Positions 36,860 through 47,642 of a stretch of 59,022 bases of DNA are shown piece by piece. The notes under the pieces are model-generated. The model had not been told where the DNA came from. It ran no database searches and saw only the letters and a list, made by a program, of their open reading frames with translations. Position 1 is the first letter of the stretch, and each line of letters starts with the position of its first letter. This stretch comes from a virus (taxonomy: Duplodnaviria; Caudoviricetes), in the IMG/VR virus record IMGVR_UViG_3300021425_000040, positions 1-59,022 of that record, one strand, 5' to 3'. Made by a program: the position numbers and the translations under genes.

Positions 36860-37212
36860 TAACTGATTTCCTCATAAGAACATACAGCCTCAAGATCAGA
36901 AGTCGCACTTGCTGTAAGTCTTAGTTCATCACCTTCTTCTAAGTATAATGACTTACTTAAAATATCTAAAGTAGTGTCAGCCGGTATGCTTACCGTTTTA
37001 GCAATATGATATGCAACAGAAGATCTATATATATCTACATTTATATTAGCGGCATTAGTTCCATCTACATTACTTATGTAAAGAGCGTTTACCTTTAACA
37101 CTTTATCTGAAGCAGCGCTATTAGTAATGATTGCCGTTGCAGAAGTGCCAACTGCTTGCACCGCCGTTTTGCCTGTAATTGTAGTTACATTAACTATGTT
37201 AGGATTTGCCAT
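36859..37212 (-). CDS. Small virion structural protein (MANPNIVNVT family)
   Basis: 117 aa; NVDGTN...YLEEGD.L...SYEEIS. Confidence 0.7.
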   Translation of the reverse strand: MANPNIVNVTTITGKTAVQAVGTSATAIITNSAASDKVLKVNALYISNVDGTNAANINVDIYRSSVAYHIAKTVSIPADTTLDILSKSLYLEEGDELRLTASATSDLEAVCSYEEIS

Positions 37213-37227
37213 CCTTATTCTCCTTTA

Positions 37228-40200
37228 TTATCCAAATACAATAGACATTGCTATTGCCTTACCTGTTGTTACTCCACCACCTGTCGGACCTTGAGGACCT
37301 CTAGGTCCACTTACTGCTACCCATTGACTAGAACTCCCATCTGCATAGTATACATATAACGTAGCTGAATCAGAATTAAACCATTGATCTCCATTAGCAG
37401 CCCCGCTAGGGGGCGTAGTACCTACACTAACAGATGATCCTGCAGGTCCGCTTACCGATACCCATTGATTAGAGCTACCGTCTGCATAGTATATATACAT
37501 AGAACCATCAGCACTATTAAACCATTGATCTCCGTTAGAAGGAGAACTAGGAGCAGTGTCAGATACTGAAACAGAAGATCCTTCTGAAGCTACGTTAGCT
37601 GGGGCCCAATTACTTTGAGAAGTATTCCATATTAGTGCTTGCCCATCTGCAGGAGCAGTATTAGATACATTATTTAAATCTGCAAGAGCAACATTAGCAC
37701 TAATGCGAGCATCAACTCTAGCATCTGTATAGTATAAATTACTAGTACCTTCAGTAAGTTCATCAGTATTAAAAGGGTTACCTATTGCTACTGAAGCGCC
37801 CATACCACCATGATTAGCACAGTAGTAATATAAAGCAGGGGTTGAATTGTCTACTGCTATTTGTACATACGCACTAGCAGACCCTGCAGTACCACTGGTA
37901 GTCACACCAGTTGTATATTCTGAGCCGCCTCCATGTGTTCCATCTGAAGTAGTAGAAAATCTTAATGGGTGACTAGAGTTAGTACTATCACTTTGATCAA
38001 ATTTATAGGTTCTTCCTGGCTCTAATGATATAGTAGCTTGTTGAGCTCCATCTATATAGAAATTACCGCCACTAACTGTTACTGCCGCTGTACTTGCTGA
38101 GGCAGATAAATTAGCTTGTACAGTATTAATGTTACTAGCGTTACTAATAGTATTAGCACTTACAGTGCCTAACTGTGCAAGTATAGTGGTACTGAAGTTT
38201 GCATCATCTCCTAGTGCAGCAGCGAGCTCATTTAGAGTGTTAAGAGTTGCAGGGGCAGAATCTACTAGGTTTGCAGTTGCAGTATTAACATAAGTCTCTG
38301 TTGCATATCCTGTAAGAGAAGGAATAGTTGGTTGATTAGTTAAGTCGTTATAAGAACCAGATGTGGCTACTGTAGATAAGTCAGCGGTATTAGCTTTAGT
38401 TGCTAAATCTGCACTCGTAAGTATCTCTAATAAAGATACTTTAATAGCAGTATTAGATAGAGATACGCCAACTCTTGCATTATGAGTGTCTGGGGTTGTA
38501 CTAAGGGTTCCATCTTCTACTACGTAGTACACTTGGTCTGCGATTAAACCCGTTAATTGATTGTGAATACTACCGTCTACGGATACATCAATAGTAGTGC
38601 CTGATGAGGCAGCAATACCATGTAATTTAGTAGCGTCTAAAGAAGATTCTACAAAATCACCTCTAATATTCATTCCAACCCATATACTAGAGTCTGCCGA
38701 ACTGTTATGAGTTCTAGGATCTAGTCTAGTTCCCATACCCTTTCTGTGAGGGTCTACTACTATTCTACCTTCATAACGCCAGCCATTATCTCTAACATGA
38801 CTTGCACTACCGTAGTTGCCTCCGTTTGAGGTTTGAGTCTCCTGATTATTTGTAATAGTACCGTTAGAAGCAACTTTCATAGAACGAATATATCCAGCAT
38901 CATGGGTCGATGAAAATTGAGTAAATTGTCTAATATAAGTATGAACTAAAGTACTTGAGCCAGATAAGAAGGTAAAGTCTCCATTTGCAAATTCAAAACG
39001 GTCTTCACCAAAATTCCTTTCAGACCCATAAGTAGAAGGAGTGGTTCCATTTGCCTCGTAAGTTCTATACCTTAAATTGTCAACATTTGTTCCTCCTGAA
39101 CCGCCTACTAACCATGCAACAACAAATTTATCATTTGTAGGATCCCATGCGACTTTAGCGGGCATTGAAGTTCCAGTATAAATAGATGCTGGAGTAGTGG
39201 CGTTTCCTACAGTATATGTTCCATTATCCCAATCTACATCAAAAATTTCTAAATCACCAGCCTGAGGCCCCCCATTCAAACTACCACTTACGGCAGCAAA
39301 TCTGCCTTCAGTTATAGAAGAAAACCCAACCCCTCTAGGGTCAATACCTCTATCTATAGTAATTTCATTTGAAAAAGATACAGAACTACTAGTTCCATCC
39401 CAAGTTCCTCTTACTAGTCTAAGACGAGTACCACTGCCATCATCAGCGCGGGTATACATTATTATAAATTTGTAATTTCCCGCACTACTTCCAGCAAAAT
39501 CATATACAATTTTTTCATTCCATGTAGATTCATAACCAAAGCCTGCATCTGTAGCACTAGTCCAAGAAATAGTACTTCCACTTATAGTTCCGAATCCGTA
39601 GGCATAATCGCCTCTATATACACCACCGCTGAAGGCTTCTTGTCTTTTTTGAAGGTATAAAAACTTATTAGTATTTACAAGACTGCCTAAAATAAACGGA
39701 GCAGAATATTCTGAAACGCTAAAATAACTAGAGTTTGATGCCATTTCTGTGCCCACTACATACTTTTGACCATAACTCCATTGTGAACCCGTCCAATCTA
39801 TAATAGCCACTGCTTCTTGGTTATTACTACCAATTCCATCATAGCCAGCTAGAATAAATTTATTATCGATACCTGTTGGAAATATTCTTCCCGGCCTAGA
39901 TGCTATAGCGTATCCATTGTAGACATCGGTAGAGCTCGATGACCATCCATTATTTTCTTGAACTTCGTACTCACCCCCTAATGATAAAGAGTCAGTATAA
40001 GTTGTAACTTCTACTGGAGTAACAGTTCCATCAGTATTCAACATTACAACATCATTTACAGATGCAGAAGTTGTAGATGTATATTCTATAGTATTAGTGT
40101 TTGGTACGTCTGCCGCGGTAATATAGTTTGCACCATTAGTCAATTGATTGTTGTTTGTTGGAATAGTTGGTTGATTAGTTAGATCGTTATATGAGCCAGA

Positions 40201-43200
40201 TGTTGCTACCGTTGCAAGAGATGATGTATTTGCCTTATTCGCCAATGAGTTAGTGATTGTTGTGCTGAAGTTTGCATCATCACCTAGTGCTGCTGCGAGT
40301 TCATTGAGTGTATCAAGTGTTGCTGGAGCAGAATCTACTAGATTTGCAATTTCTGTATCCACATAATTCTCAGTTGCATATCCAGTAAGGCTTGGAACTT
40401 GTGATGCAACATATGATTTTGTTGCATATGTACCCAAATCTGCACTTGTAAGTTCATCTAAAAGATCAACAGCAAGTGTTGTGCTTGACATAGCAAGTCC
40501 AACTTTAGCATTGTTTGTATCTGGAGTTGTCGAAAGACTACCATCTGATAATACATAATACTTTGATCCTGTAGTAAGTCCAGAAAGTCCAGTATGAATA
40601 CCACCCTCTACAGTAACATCAATTGTTGTTCCGGCAGATGCAGCGATACCATGAACTTTAGATGCATCTAGATTTGATTCTACATATACGCCCTGAGTTG
40701 GTTGGGCAAACAATTTAACAACCAAATTGGTTGCATCTGTATTGCCTGGCGCTGATATTGATCCTTTACCGCTTCTGAAAGGATCCATTTGTATTTTGCC
40801 TGGATATCCGAATCCAGTGTTCTTTGCATAGTAGTTGCTGCCGTGCGTAACTCTACTTGTACCAATAACTATATTTAAAGATGCATTTACTGAGAAATGG
40901 GTTATGAACGAACCATCCCTACTGTTACTAGTATTGCTAAGATAATAATACCCTGCGTTAGTTAGTGCAAACATATTACTGTTCTTGTAGAATGCCATAT
41001 TTCCAGAAAGATGGCCATAAGTTCCACCTTGATTATAGCCTAGTGAGTATTCTGAGCCTTCCGCCACTGCTGAATTTCCTGTTGTCGAAAATGCTCTAAG
41101 TTTTAGACTGTTACTTCCTCCACCAACACTCCAAGCAACAACAAAATGCTCACTAGAATCTCTCCATGCCACATGCGCTGGTGCGTCAGTACCAAAATTT
41201 GTGTTGAACGAAGTCAATCCATATGCTGTTCCGACAGTAATATTTCCTGTACCCCAATCTATATCACCAATTCTGAGATTTCCAGAGTAATCAACCCCTG
41301 CAAATCTACCCTCTGTTAGTTTCGAGAAGTCCAATGATCTACTATCGATAGGATGTGGTATTGTAAAATCATCGCTATATTGAATTGTAGTATTACCATC
41401 CCATGTAATTCTAAATATTCTACAATTACTAGAATTATCCCTATAAGCCCCGATGACTTTGTAAGAACCAGCAGTACTTCCAGCATGGTCATAATACCAA
41501 TTAATATGATCTAGACGACTAGCATAGGTATGGCCGCCGTTTGAAGTATTAGTTCCTGTATCACTCCAAGTAATTCCAGACCCTGCCATTGTTCCCACGG
41601 CATGAATAATTAAATCTGCACTTAGTTTTGGTCCTAAAATTAAAAATTTATCTGGATTATCTGGGCTTCCAATCACATACGGATTATCTGATTTATCAAG
41701 TCCTAACGAGTTCCCTAATGAAGCGAGATCTTGATATTCGGTTCCATAAGTCCAAGTTTGATTTGAACTATTATATTCAACAGAAACAATTTTCATTTCA
41801 AAAACACTACCAGGCGCCTCATCAAAGGCTATAGAGATGTACTTGTTATCTGTTTGTGTTGGAAATAACCAATATCCTTTGTCCGCCGCAACTAAACCAT
41901 TAGTATTGGAAATAGTGTACCCTTGACTATTTGGAAGAAGTTGTTGATATGACCCATTATAACCTTGATTTGTAAGTTGCTCTGAAAAAGTTGTAACTTC
42001 TACTGGGGTCACAGTTCCATCAGAATTCAACATTACAACATCGTCTACAGATGCAGAAGGTGTTGATGTATATTCTACGGTATTAGCATTTGGTACATCT
42101 GCCGCTGTGATAAATCCAGCGCCATTAGTCAATTGATTGTTATTTGTTGGAATAGTTGGTTGATTAGTTAAGTCGTTATATGAACCAGAGGTTGCAACTG
42201 TAGATAGGTCAGCGGTATTAGCTTTAATAGATATTTCCGTGCCTACATACGCTTTTGTTGCATATGTACCCAAATCTGTACTTGTAAGTTCGTCAGTAAA
42301 ATCTAATGCAAGAGATGTTGCATTGATAGCAGTACCAAGTTTTGCAGAACCGCTGGTTGAGATTCCACCACTATCTGTAACAAAATACCTTGTTCCTGTA
42401 GTGAGACCAGAGAGTCCTGTATGAATTCCATATTCAAGAGTTACATCAATAGTTGTTCCAGCAGATGCCGCAACACCATGCAATTTAGTCGCATCAAAGT
42501 TAGATTCGCCATATGGGCCCTGCGTCATAATTACTTGTGGATATTGACTATTTACTGTATCTGGTGAATATGATGCTGTGTCACCATCATTGAAAGGACT
42601 TGAATATGTCCACATACTTCCTGAATCAAATGTATTACTATCAGTTGTTTGTGTGATGTAATTTCCAGAATTATCATATTGCAAATATCGAGTTTGTGGA
42701 CTAGATCCAGTTTGATTGGATATAATTGGCGTAATCAATATCGGCGCGTTTGGTGTGCTTCCCGTGTTACTACCTTTAGTCCATGCAATATTACCTAGTA
42801 CAGTACCAACCTTGACATTAGCACCGTTCATAAGAGTTAGGTTTCCACTTACATTAGTAATACTAAGATTTGCATCTGCGCTATATAGAGCAACTTTTAA
42901 TCTGTATGGCGCATCTCCGCCACCATCTGGTGGAGATGTTGTAACGGCAGCAAGCAATCCATTAGTTGGATGAAATGCTTGTTTGTTTTGAATTTCCCAT
43001 GCATCTACATTATGACTTCCGCTTCTTGTAAATAAATCTGCTGACGGGCCTATATTAATAGTTCCGGCATTCCAATCTACATCAGCAAATTTAATTATAC
43101 CTCTGCGAGTAGAAGTCACGCCCTCTTGTCTATATAAGGCGATTCTAGTTGGGGTCGATGGGTCAATTGCAGTGTGTTCCCATTCAAATGTTTCTGAGGA

Positions 43201-44499
43201 TGAGGTTTCTATCTCTGGAAAACTGTAATCTAAATTCTGATTTGCAAAATCATAAGTGAATTTTCTTACAGCAGCTTTATTATTTGAATTCTCGAATTTT
43301 ACATAAAAAGTTAAAACTGTTCCATTAAATCCGCCATGGTCAACAACCATTCTTCCATTTAAACCAATGTTTAACTGTCCATTATTAGTTGTATTACTAT
43401 ATGCAGCTGAACTGTCTGTACCAGTTGTGTTTACAGTAGTTCCTGTAATATTTCCAGTACCTACATTTATATTACCGCCACTTGTGGCTGCTCCAAGATA
43501 CAGAAATTTGTCTTCATGTGTGCCGGCAGGTCCAAAGAATGCATGTTGGTCTCTAAAGTTACTGATAGGTTCTCCCGAAGAAAATGCCGTTCCTTTTGAT
43601 ATTCCCGATCCATTTCTTGAAAATACAACTAACATTGTGCGGTCATTATGTCCAGTGCCGCCAGGGAAAATTAACATTCCTTTTTCTCTGGTGGAATGAT
43701 GGGCTATCATGCCTCTATAGTTTAAATCTCCAATATATCCACTAGTCATTTGAGAGTCTATAGCAGTCTGTTGGTCGAATGGATAATTTGTAGGCTCAAC
43801 TACAGTCACAGTACCGTCAGAATTCAACATCACAATATCATTTGTTGCTGCAGTGTTTGTGGATGTATATTCTACAACATTACCACCGCCTCCGCTTCCA
43901 GCATCTGTAATACCGTAGCCAGCAATAGTTGTTGGCTTATTTGTTAGATCTGAAAAAGAACCAGAGGTTGCAACTGTTGCAAGAGATGCAGTATTAGCTT
44001 TAGCGGCGATAGAGTTTGTAACTGTTGTACTAAAGTTTGCATCATCACCTAGTGCTGCTGCAAGCTCATTAAGAGTATCTAAAGTTCCAGGTGCTGCGTC
44101 TACTAAGTTATTAACTTGTGTTGTTACATAGGTTTCTGTAGCAAATGGCTCAGCACTACCACCGCCAGCAGGTGATACTTCTAAAGATCCACCATTATCA
44201 GATAATTGTAGAGAGCCTAAGCTTATTGTACTACCGCTAAGATATAAATCTTTAAACGCATAAGCAGCACTTCCTAAGTCATATGCAACATTTGTATCAG
44301 GAACAACATTTCCTGATACAGAACCTAGTTTAGTTTGTACTCTTTCGTCTGTAAAATATAAATTTGTACCCTCACTCACATTAGAAGTGCTAAGAGTTTC
44401 AAAGGCAACATTACTAGCTCCATCAGATACAAGTGCTTGTCCTGAAGTTCCGTCGTCTAGCAGATTGGCTAGTTTTGATAAGTTAGTTGCATTACTCAT
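37228..44499 (-). CDS. Giant modular fibre protein with three tandem receptor-binding modules
   Basis: 2423 aa. Three EYTST...VMLN.DGTVT ... DA.K.HG.AAS.GTTIDV units; three LNELAAALGDDANFST motifs; a cupredoxin-like DQSDSTN..HPLRFS...LYYYC.NH.GMG domain. Confidence 0.85.
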   Translation of the reverse strand: MSNATNLSKLANLLDDGTSGQALVSDGASNVAFETLSTSNVSEGTNLYFTDERVQTKLGSVSGNVVPDTNVAYDLGSAAYAFKDLYLSGSTISLGSLQLSDNGGSLEVSPAGGGSAEPFATETYVTTQVNNLVDAAPGTLDTLNELAAALGDDANFSTTVTNSIAAKANTASLATVATSGSFSDLTNKPTTIAGYGITDAGSGGGGNVVEYTSTNTAATNDIVMLNSDGTVTVVEPTNYPFDQQTAIDSQMTSGYIGDLNYRGMIAHHSTREKGMLIFPGGTGHNDRTMLVVFSRNGSGISKGTAFSSGEPISNFRDQHAFFGPAGTHEDKFLYLGAATSGGNINVGTGNITGTTVNTTGTDSSAAYSNTTNNGQLNIGLNGRMVVDHGGFNGTVLTFYVKFENSNNKAAVRKFTYDFANQNLDYSFPEIETSSSETFEWEHTAIDPSTPTRIALYRQEGVTSTRRGIIKFADVDWNAGTINIGPSADLFTRSGSHNVDAWEIQNKQAFHPTNGLLAAVTTSPPDGGGDAPYRLKVALYSADANLSITNVSGNLTLMNGANVKVGTVLGNIAWTKGSNTGSTPNAPILITPIISNQTGSSPQTRYLQYDNSGNYITQTTDSNTFDSGSMWTYSSPFNDGDTASYSPDTVNSQYPQVIMTQGPYGESNFDATKLHGVAASAGTTIDVTLEYGIHTGLSGLTTGTRYFVTDSGGISTSGSAKLGTAINATSLALDFTDELTSTDLGTYATKAYVGTEISIKANTADLSTVATSGSYNDLTNQPTIPTNNNQLTNGAGFITAADVPNANTVEYTSTPSASVDDVVMLNSDGTVTPVEVTTFSEQLTNQGYNGSYQQLLPNSQGYTISNTNGLVAADKGYWLFPTQTDNKYISIAFDEAPGSVFEMKIVSVEYNSSNQTWTYGTEYQDLASLGNSLGLDKSDNPYVIGSPDNPDKFLILGPKLSADLIIHAVGTMAGSGITWSDTGTNTSNGGHTYASRLDHINWYYDHAGSTAGSYKVIGAYRDNSSNCRIFRITWDGNTTIQYSDDFTIPHPIDSRSLDFSKLTEGRFAGVDYSGNLRIGDIDWGTGNITVGTAYGLTSFNTNFGTDAPAHVAWRDSSEHFVVAWSVGGGSNSLKLRAFSTTGNSAVAEGSEYSLGYNQGGTYGHLSGNMAFYKNSNMFALTNAGYYYLSNTSNSRDGSFITHFSVNASLNIVIGTSRVTHGSNYYAKNTGFGYPGKIQMDPFRSGKGSISAPGNTDATNLVVKLFAQPTQGVYVESNLDASKVHGIAASAGTTIDVTVEGGIHTGLSGLTTGSKYYVLSDGSLSTTPDTNNAKVGLAMSSTTLAVDLLDELTSADLGTYATKSYVASQVPSLTGYATENYVDTEIANLVDSAPATLDTLNELAAALGDDANFSTTITNSLANKANTSSLATVATSGSYNDLTNQPTIPTNNNQLTNGANYITAADVPNTNTIEYTSTTSASVNDVVMLNTDGTVTPVEVTTYTDSLSLGGEYEVQENNGWSSSSTDVYNGYAIASRPGRIFPTGIDNKFILAGYDGIGSNNQEAVAIIDWTGSQWSYGQKYVVGTEMASNSSYFSVSEYSAPFILGSLVNTNKFLYLQKRQEAFSGGVYRGDYAYGFGTISGSTISWTSATDAGFGYESTWNEKIVYDFAGSSAGNYKFIIMYTRADDGSGTRLRLVRGTWDGTSSSVSFSNEITIDRGIDPRGVGFSSITEGRFAAVSGSLNGGPQAGDLEIFDVDWDNGTYTVGNATTPASIYTGTSMPAKVAWDPTNDKFVVAWLVGGSGGTNVDNLRYRTYEANGTTPSTYGSERNFGEDRFEFANGDFTFLSGSSTLVHTYIRQFTQFSSTHDAGYIRSMKVASNGTITNNQETQTSNGGNYGSASHVRDNGWRYEGRIVVDPHRKGMGTRLDPRTHNSSADSSIWVGMNIRGDFVESSLDATKLHGIAASSGTTIDVSVDGSIHNQLTGLIADQVYYVVEDGTLSTTPDTHNARVGVSLSNTAIKVSLLEILTSADLATKANTADLSTVATSGSYNDLTNQPTIPSLTGYATETYVNTATANLVDSAPATLNTLNELAAALGDDANFSTTILAQLGTVSANTISNASNINTVQANLSASASTAAVTVSGGNFYIDGAQQATISLEPGRTYKFDQSDSTNSSHPLRFSTTSDGTHGGGSEYTTGVTTSGTAGSASAYVQIAVDNSTPALYYYCANHGGMGASVAIGNPFNTDELTEGTSNLYYTDARVDARISANVALADLNNVSNTAPADGQALIWNTSQSNWAPANVASEGSSVSVSDTAPSSPSNGDQWFNSADGSMYIYYADGSSNQWVSVSGPAGSSVSVGTTPPSGAANGDQWFNSDSATLYVYYADGSSSQWVAVSGPRGPQGPTGGGVTTGKAIAMSIVFG

Positions 44500-44537
44500 A
44501 CTATTTTCTCCGTGCAGCTTTCGCCTAAATATAACAC

Positions 44538-44566
44538 ACTATAACCTACTAAAGGTATAGTGTCAA
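44538..44566 (-). promoter_or_regulatory. Promoter of the giant fibre operon
   Basis: TTGACA-17-TATAGT on the minus strand, inside an imperfect inverted repeat. Confidence 0.7.
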
Positions 44567-44581
44567 TTTTTTATTTTATGG

Positions 44582-47500
44582 TTATGTACCTGTTTCTTTA
44601 AATATTTTTACTTCTCCAGCCAAACTACCATAATATGAATCAGATATAGCAATCTTACCACTTGTAGCATCCACCGCTATACCTGTACCAAAGGTTACTG
44701 GAGACCATGAACTTAATATATCATTACAGTCTATCAATAAAGGAGCAGCATTAAAAGACATAGTACTAAAATTAAAAGTAGAATACATAATATCCTTTTT
44801 ATTAGTGTCAAGCGCTCCAACAAATATATGCATTAATCCATTACTATCTATATAATAATCCGCATGTGTCCAGTTTGACTTCGAGGGCGGAGCTCCATAT
44901 ACTATATTATTGGGCGTGGTACCTATATGAGCTACTGGTTGTATAACTGCATTACTCACATCAAGAATGTCTGCTGCTACATCCCATTCGCATATCCAGC
45001 TTCTATATCCAGTAGTGGCATCAGCTTGCCCTCTTTCTACACCCCAAATATACACATTACTGTTATATTCAATAAATCTAATATTATATGTGGTAGTGAG
45101 AGGGATACCTCCACTTAAGAGTCTTCTGCCCCAAACTTGTGTGCCTCCAGCATCATACGTGAGCCCATATGCTGTTGTATTACCAGCGCTGGATAAAACA
45201 CTTGTATTATACATAGCTATACTGTATGTGTTAGTGAACCAAGCACCAGTAGACGCAAATTCAAAATCCCAATCACCAGTTGAACTGTTATATTTATATA
45301 CTGATCCATCATCCGTACCTATACCAGTACCTATAGTAAAGTATGTACTTTGAGGGTTAATACTTATAGGTCCTACATAATCAACAAATTCTGACTGGTC
45401 TAGACTTGGATTAATAGTTTGATGAGGGGTTAGATTTCCACTACCATCATTTTCCCAATCACCATTAGAATCTCGTTTAAATACATACAAATAAGGAGTA
45501 GCGTCTGATCCTTGTTCATCTGTGCCAACTAGTAGCCAATCATCATTGAATGCAAAAGTGCATCCCATTCCGTGGCCCAGACTAGAAGAATTTTCATACT
45601 TATAAAGTAGAGAAGCTGAGCTGCCTGAAGTATCATAAATGTATATACCGCCTTGTCTGCCAGTTGTAGTTTGTCCAGGAGCGGTTACAAAAAGTTCATC
45701 TGATTTTAGCCATGCAAGGCCGGCTCCAAAATAGTACTGTTCATTACTTCCGTTACCGTATACCGTATCAAAAGTTGTAGCATTACCGTTTAACCAGTGG
45801 CTTACGTCTACTTGAGGTATGGGGTCTGTTAATACAACTTCGTGTTCATATACTGTTATTAAACCAGAATTACTATTAGCAAAACTATCTCCCACAGCAA
45901 ATCTACCGGTATATGGATCCATAGTTACACTAGTTCCCCAATAAGTAAGAGTGCTAGCTAAACTAGGAGATAGGTCTCCTACTTGTGTCTCAATCGAAGT
46001 GTTCCACGTTTTTGTAGTAAAATCAAAATACCTATAACCTATTCTATCTGGTGACCCATTAATATAACCTTCCATTACATGCAGCTTATTATCTGATACG
46101 TGCCAATCGCTATAGTCATGACGCCCCTTGCCCCCTCTACCGTCGTTAGGGGCCCATTCGAGATTGCTGTAGTCAACTCTAATACCAGTTTGAGCGTATC
46201 TCTCAGATGTATCAAATCGGTGAGTAGATGTATTAATTTTTATTATGAGGCTTCTATAGGATTGTTCTGGATAAGAGTTATCCCCAATTCCTTTATAATA
46301 TAACCATAAATCAGAACCGTGTTGAATTAAATTTATACTTCCTGTTCTTCTTGAATAGTTGGTGGTGTAATTGTTTATATCTAAAGCTTGCTCTTGTGTC
46401 CAACTGTCACTGTTTACATCATAGTGAAATAATGTGCATAGGCCGCTAGTATTATTTACTGTAACTACATAATCTCCTAATATAGTAACATCAAAAGTAT
46501 CAAGCACAGCAGTAAAACTCTGCTCTTCTTCCCATAAATTAGAAGTTGTATTATACTTTAAAATAACAAGGTCATCATCCGTACCAGTTATACAAGCACA
46601 TTTACCATTATTAGCGTCTAAATCAACAGCAAAAATAGTATTTGCTCCCATATTTGTAGTTCTTATATTTTGGTAAACAGTCATTTGACCAGTAGTAACT
46701 GGCCAAGTACCGTCAGCATCCCGTTTATAGAAAATTAACCTAGAATTGTTTTGTGAGCCTGATTCGTCTGTGCCTAGTACTAACCAATCCCCATCACTGC
46801 TATAACTAACTCCATGGTTCGCGCCGTAACTAGAATTATTTGGGGGCTCTGAAAAACAGGTTAATGAAGGAGAAGCTCCGGACGTGTCATAAATGTATAA
46901 TCCTCCGCCCTGAGTATGTCGATACTGAATATTTGGTGCACCAACTAATAACTCATTAGGACCAATAAATTTTAAGGAAGAGCCAAAATGAGATAAACCT
47001 CCAGGATTAGTTATACTAAAAACCTCAGGTCTGGTGGTAGTGTTAACAGTATTATAAAGGTAATCATAATTAAAATGTAAACTAAAATACACCTCTTTAG
47101 AATTTACTGTATTAATGCCATCTGTAACATGGAATGTTAATGCAAAATCTCTAGCATAAGCTGTATCTGTAGAAGGAGTAATAGTAAATACATTATCAGC
47201 TTGAGTTATTGCAACTGCATTGCTAGTATCACCTTTGGTTACTGTATAACTAAAGGTTAATCCCGCACCTTCAGGGTCTACTGCATTTAATGTTAAAACT
47301 AACGGGGTGCCATCAGTTGCTAGAGTATACCCGGGTTGAAGCTCTGTAGTAAAGTAAGGAGGAGTATTAGGAGTTACTGCAGAAGATATCTGTACCCATG
47401 CACTGCTATCCCATAAGTATAACCCTTTATTTTCTTCTACATATGCGAGATCAGCTAGTTGAGCAGATGCAGGTAAATTTGTTACTAAAGCATATACTGA

Positions 47501-47620
47501 AGTACCTGCTGAAATACTTGTTGCTGCAATTCCGCCACTAGAAGTAAAAGATAGTACCTGTCCTTCTGTGCCATCGTCTAACACATTAGCTAGGTCTCCT
47601 AGTTTTCTATTATTACTCAT
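44582..47620 (-). CDS. Fibre/adhesin with an Ig-like connector and a duplicated beta-propeller
   Basis: 1012 aa. LATDGT...DPEG..TQADNVFTITP..DGINT connector; two related propeller halves (GG.YIYDTSG.S.SL). Confidence 0.8.
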   Translation of the reverse strand: MSNNRKLGDLANVLDDGTEGQVLSFTSSGGIAATSISAGTSVYALVTNLPASAQLADLAYVEENKGLYLWDSSAWVQISSAVTPNTPPYFTTELQPGYTLATDGTPLVLTLNAVDPEGAGLTFSYTVTKGDTSNAVAITQADNVFTITPSTDTAYARDFALTFHVTDGINTVNSKEVYFSLHFNYDYLYNTVNTTTRPEVFSITNPGGLSHFGSSLKFIGPNELLVGAPNIQYRHTQGGGLYIYDTSGASPSLTCFSEPPNNSSYGANHGVSYSSDGDWLVLGTDESGSQNNSRLIFYKRDADGTWPVTTGQMTVYQNIRTTNMGANTIFAVDLDANNGKCACITGTDDDLVILKYNTTSNLWEEEQSFTAVLDTFDVTILGDYVVTVNNTSGLCTLFHYDVNSDSWTQEQALDINNYTTNYSRRTGSINLIQHGSDLWLYYKGIGDNSYPEQSYRSLIIKINTSTHRFDTSERYAQTGIRVDYSNLEWAPNDGRGGKGRHDYSDWHVSDNKLHVMEGYINGSPDRIGYRYFDFTTKTWNTSIETQVGDLSPSLASTLTYWGTSVTMDPYTGRFAVGDSFANSNSGLITVYEHEVVLTDPIPQVDVSHWLNGNATTFDTVYGNGSNEQYYFGAGLAWLKSDELFVTAPGQTTTGRQGGIYIYDTSGSSASLLYKYENSSSLGHGMGCTFAFNDDWLLVGTDEQGSDATPYLYVFKRDSNGDWENDGSGNLTPHQTINPSLDQSEFVDYVGPISINPQSTYFTIGTGIGTDDGSVYKYNSSTGDWDFEFASTGAWFTNTYSIAMYNTSVLSSAGNTTAYGLTYDAGGTQVWGRRLLSGGIPLTTTYNIRFIEYNSNVYIWGVERGQADATTGYRSWICEWDVAADILDVSNAVIQPVAHIGTTPNNIVYGAPPSKSNWTHADYYIDSNGLMHIFVGALDTNKKDIMYSTFNFSTMSFNAAPLLIDCNDILSSWSPVTFGTGIAVDATSGKIAISDSYYGSLAGEVKIFKETGT

Positions 47621-47642
47621 TATTTATTCTCCGTTAGTTAAT

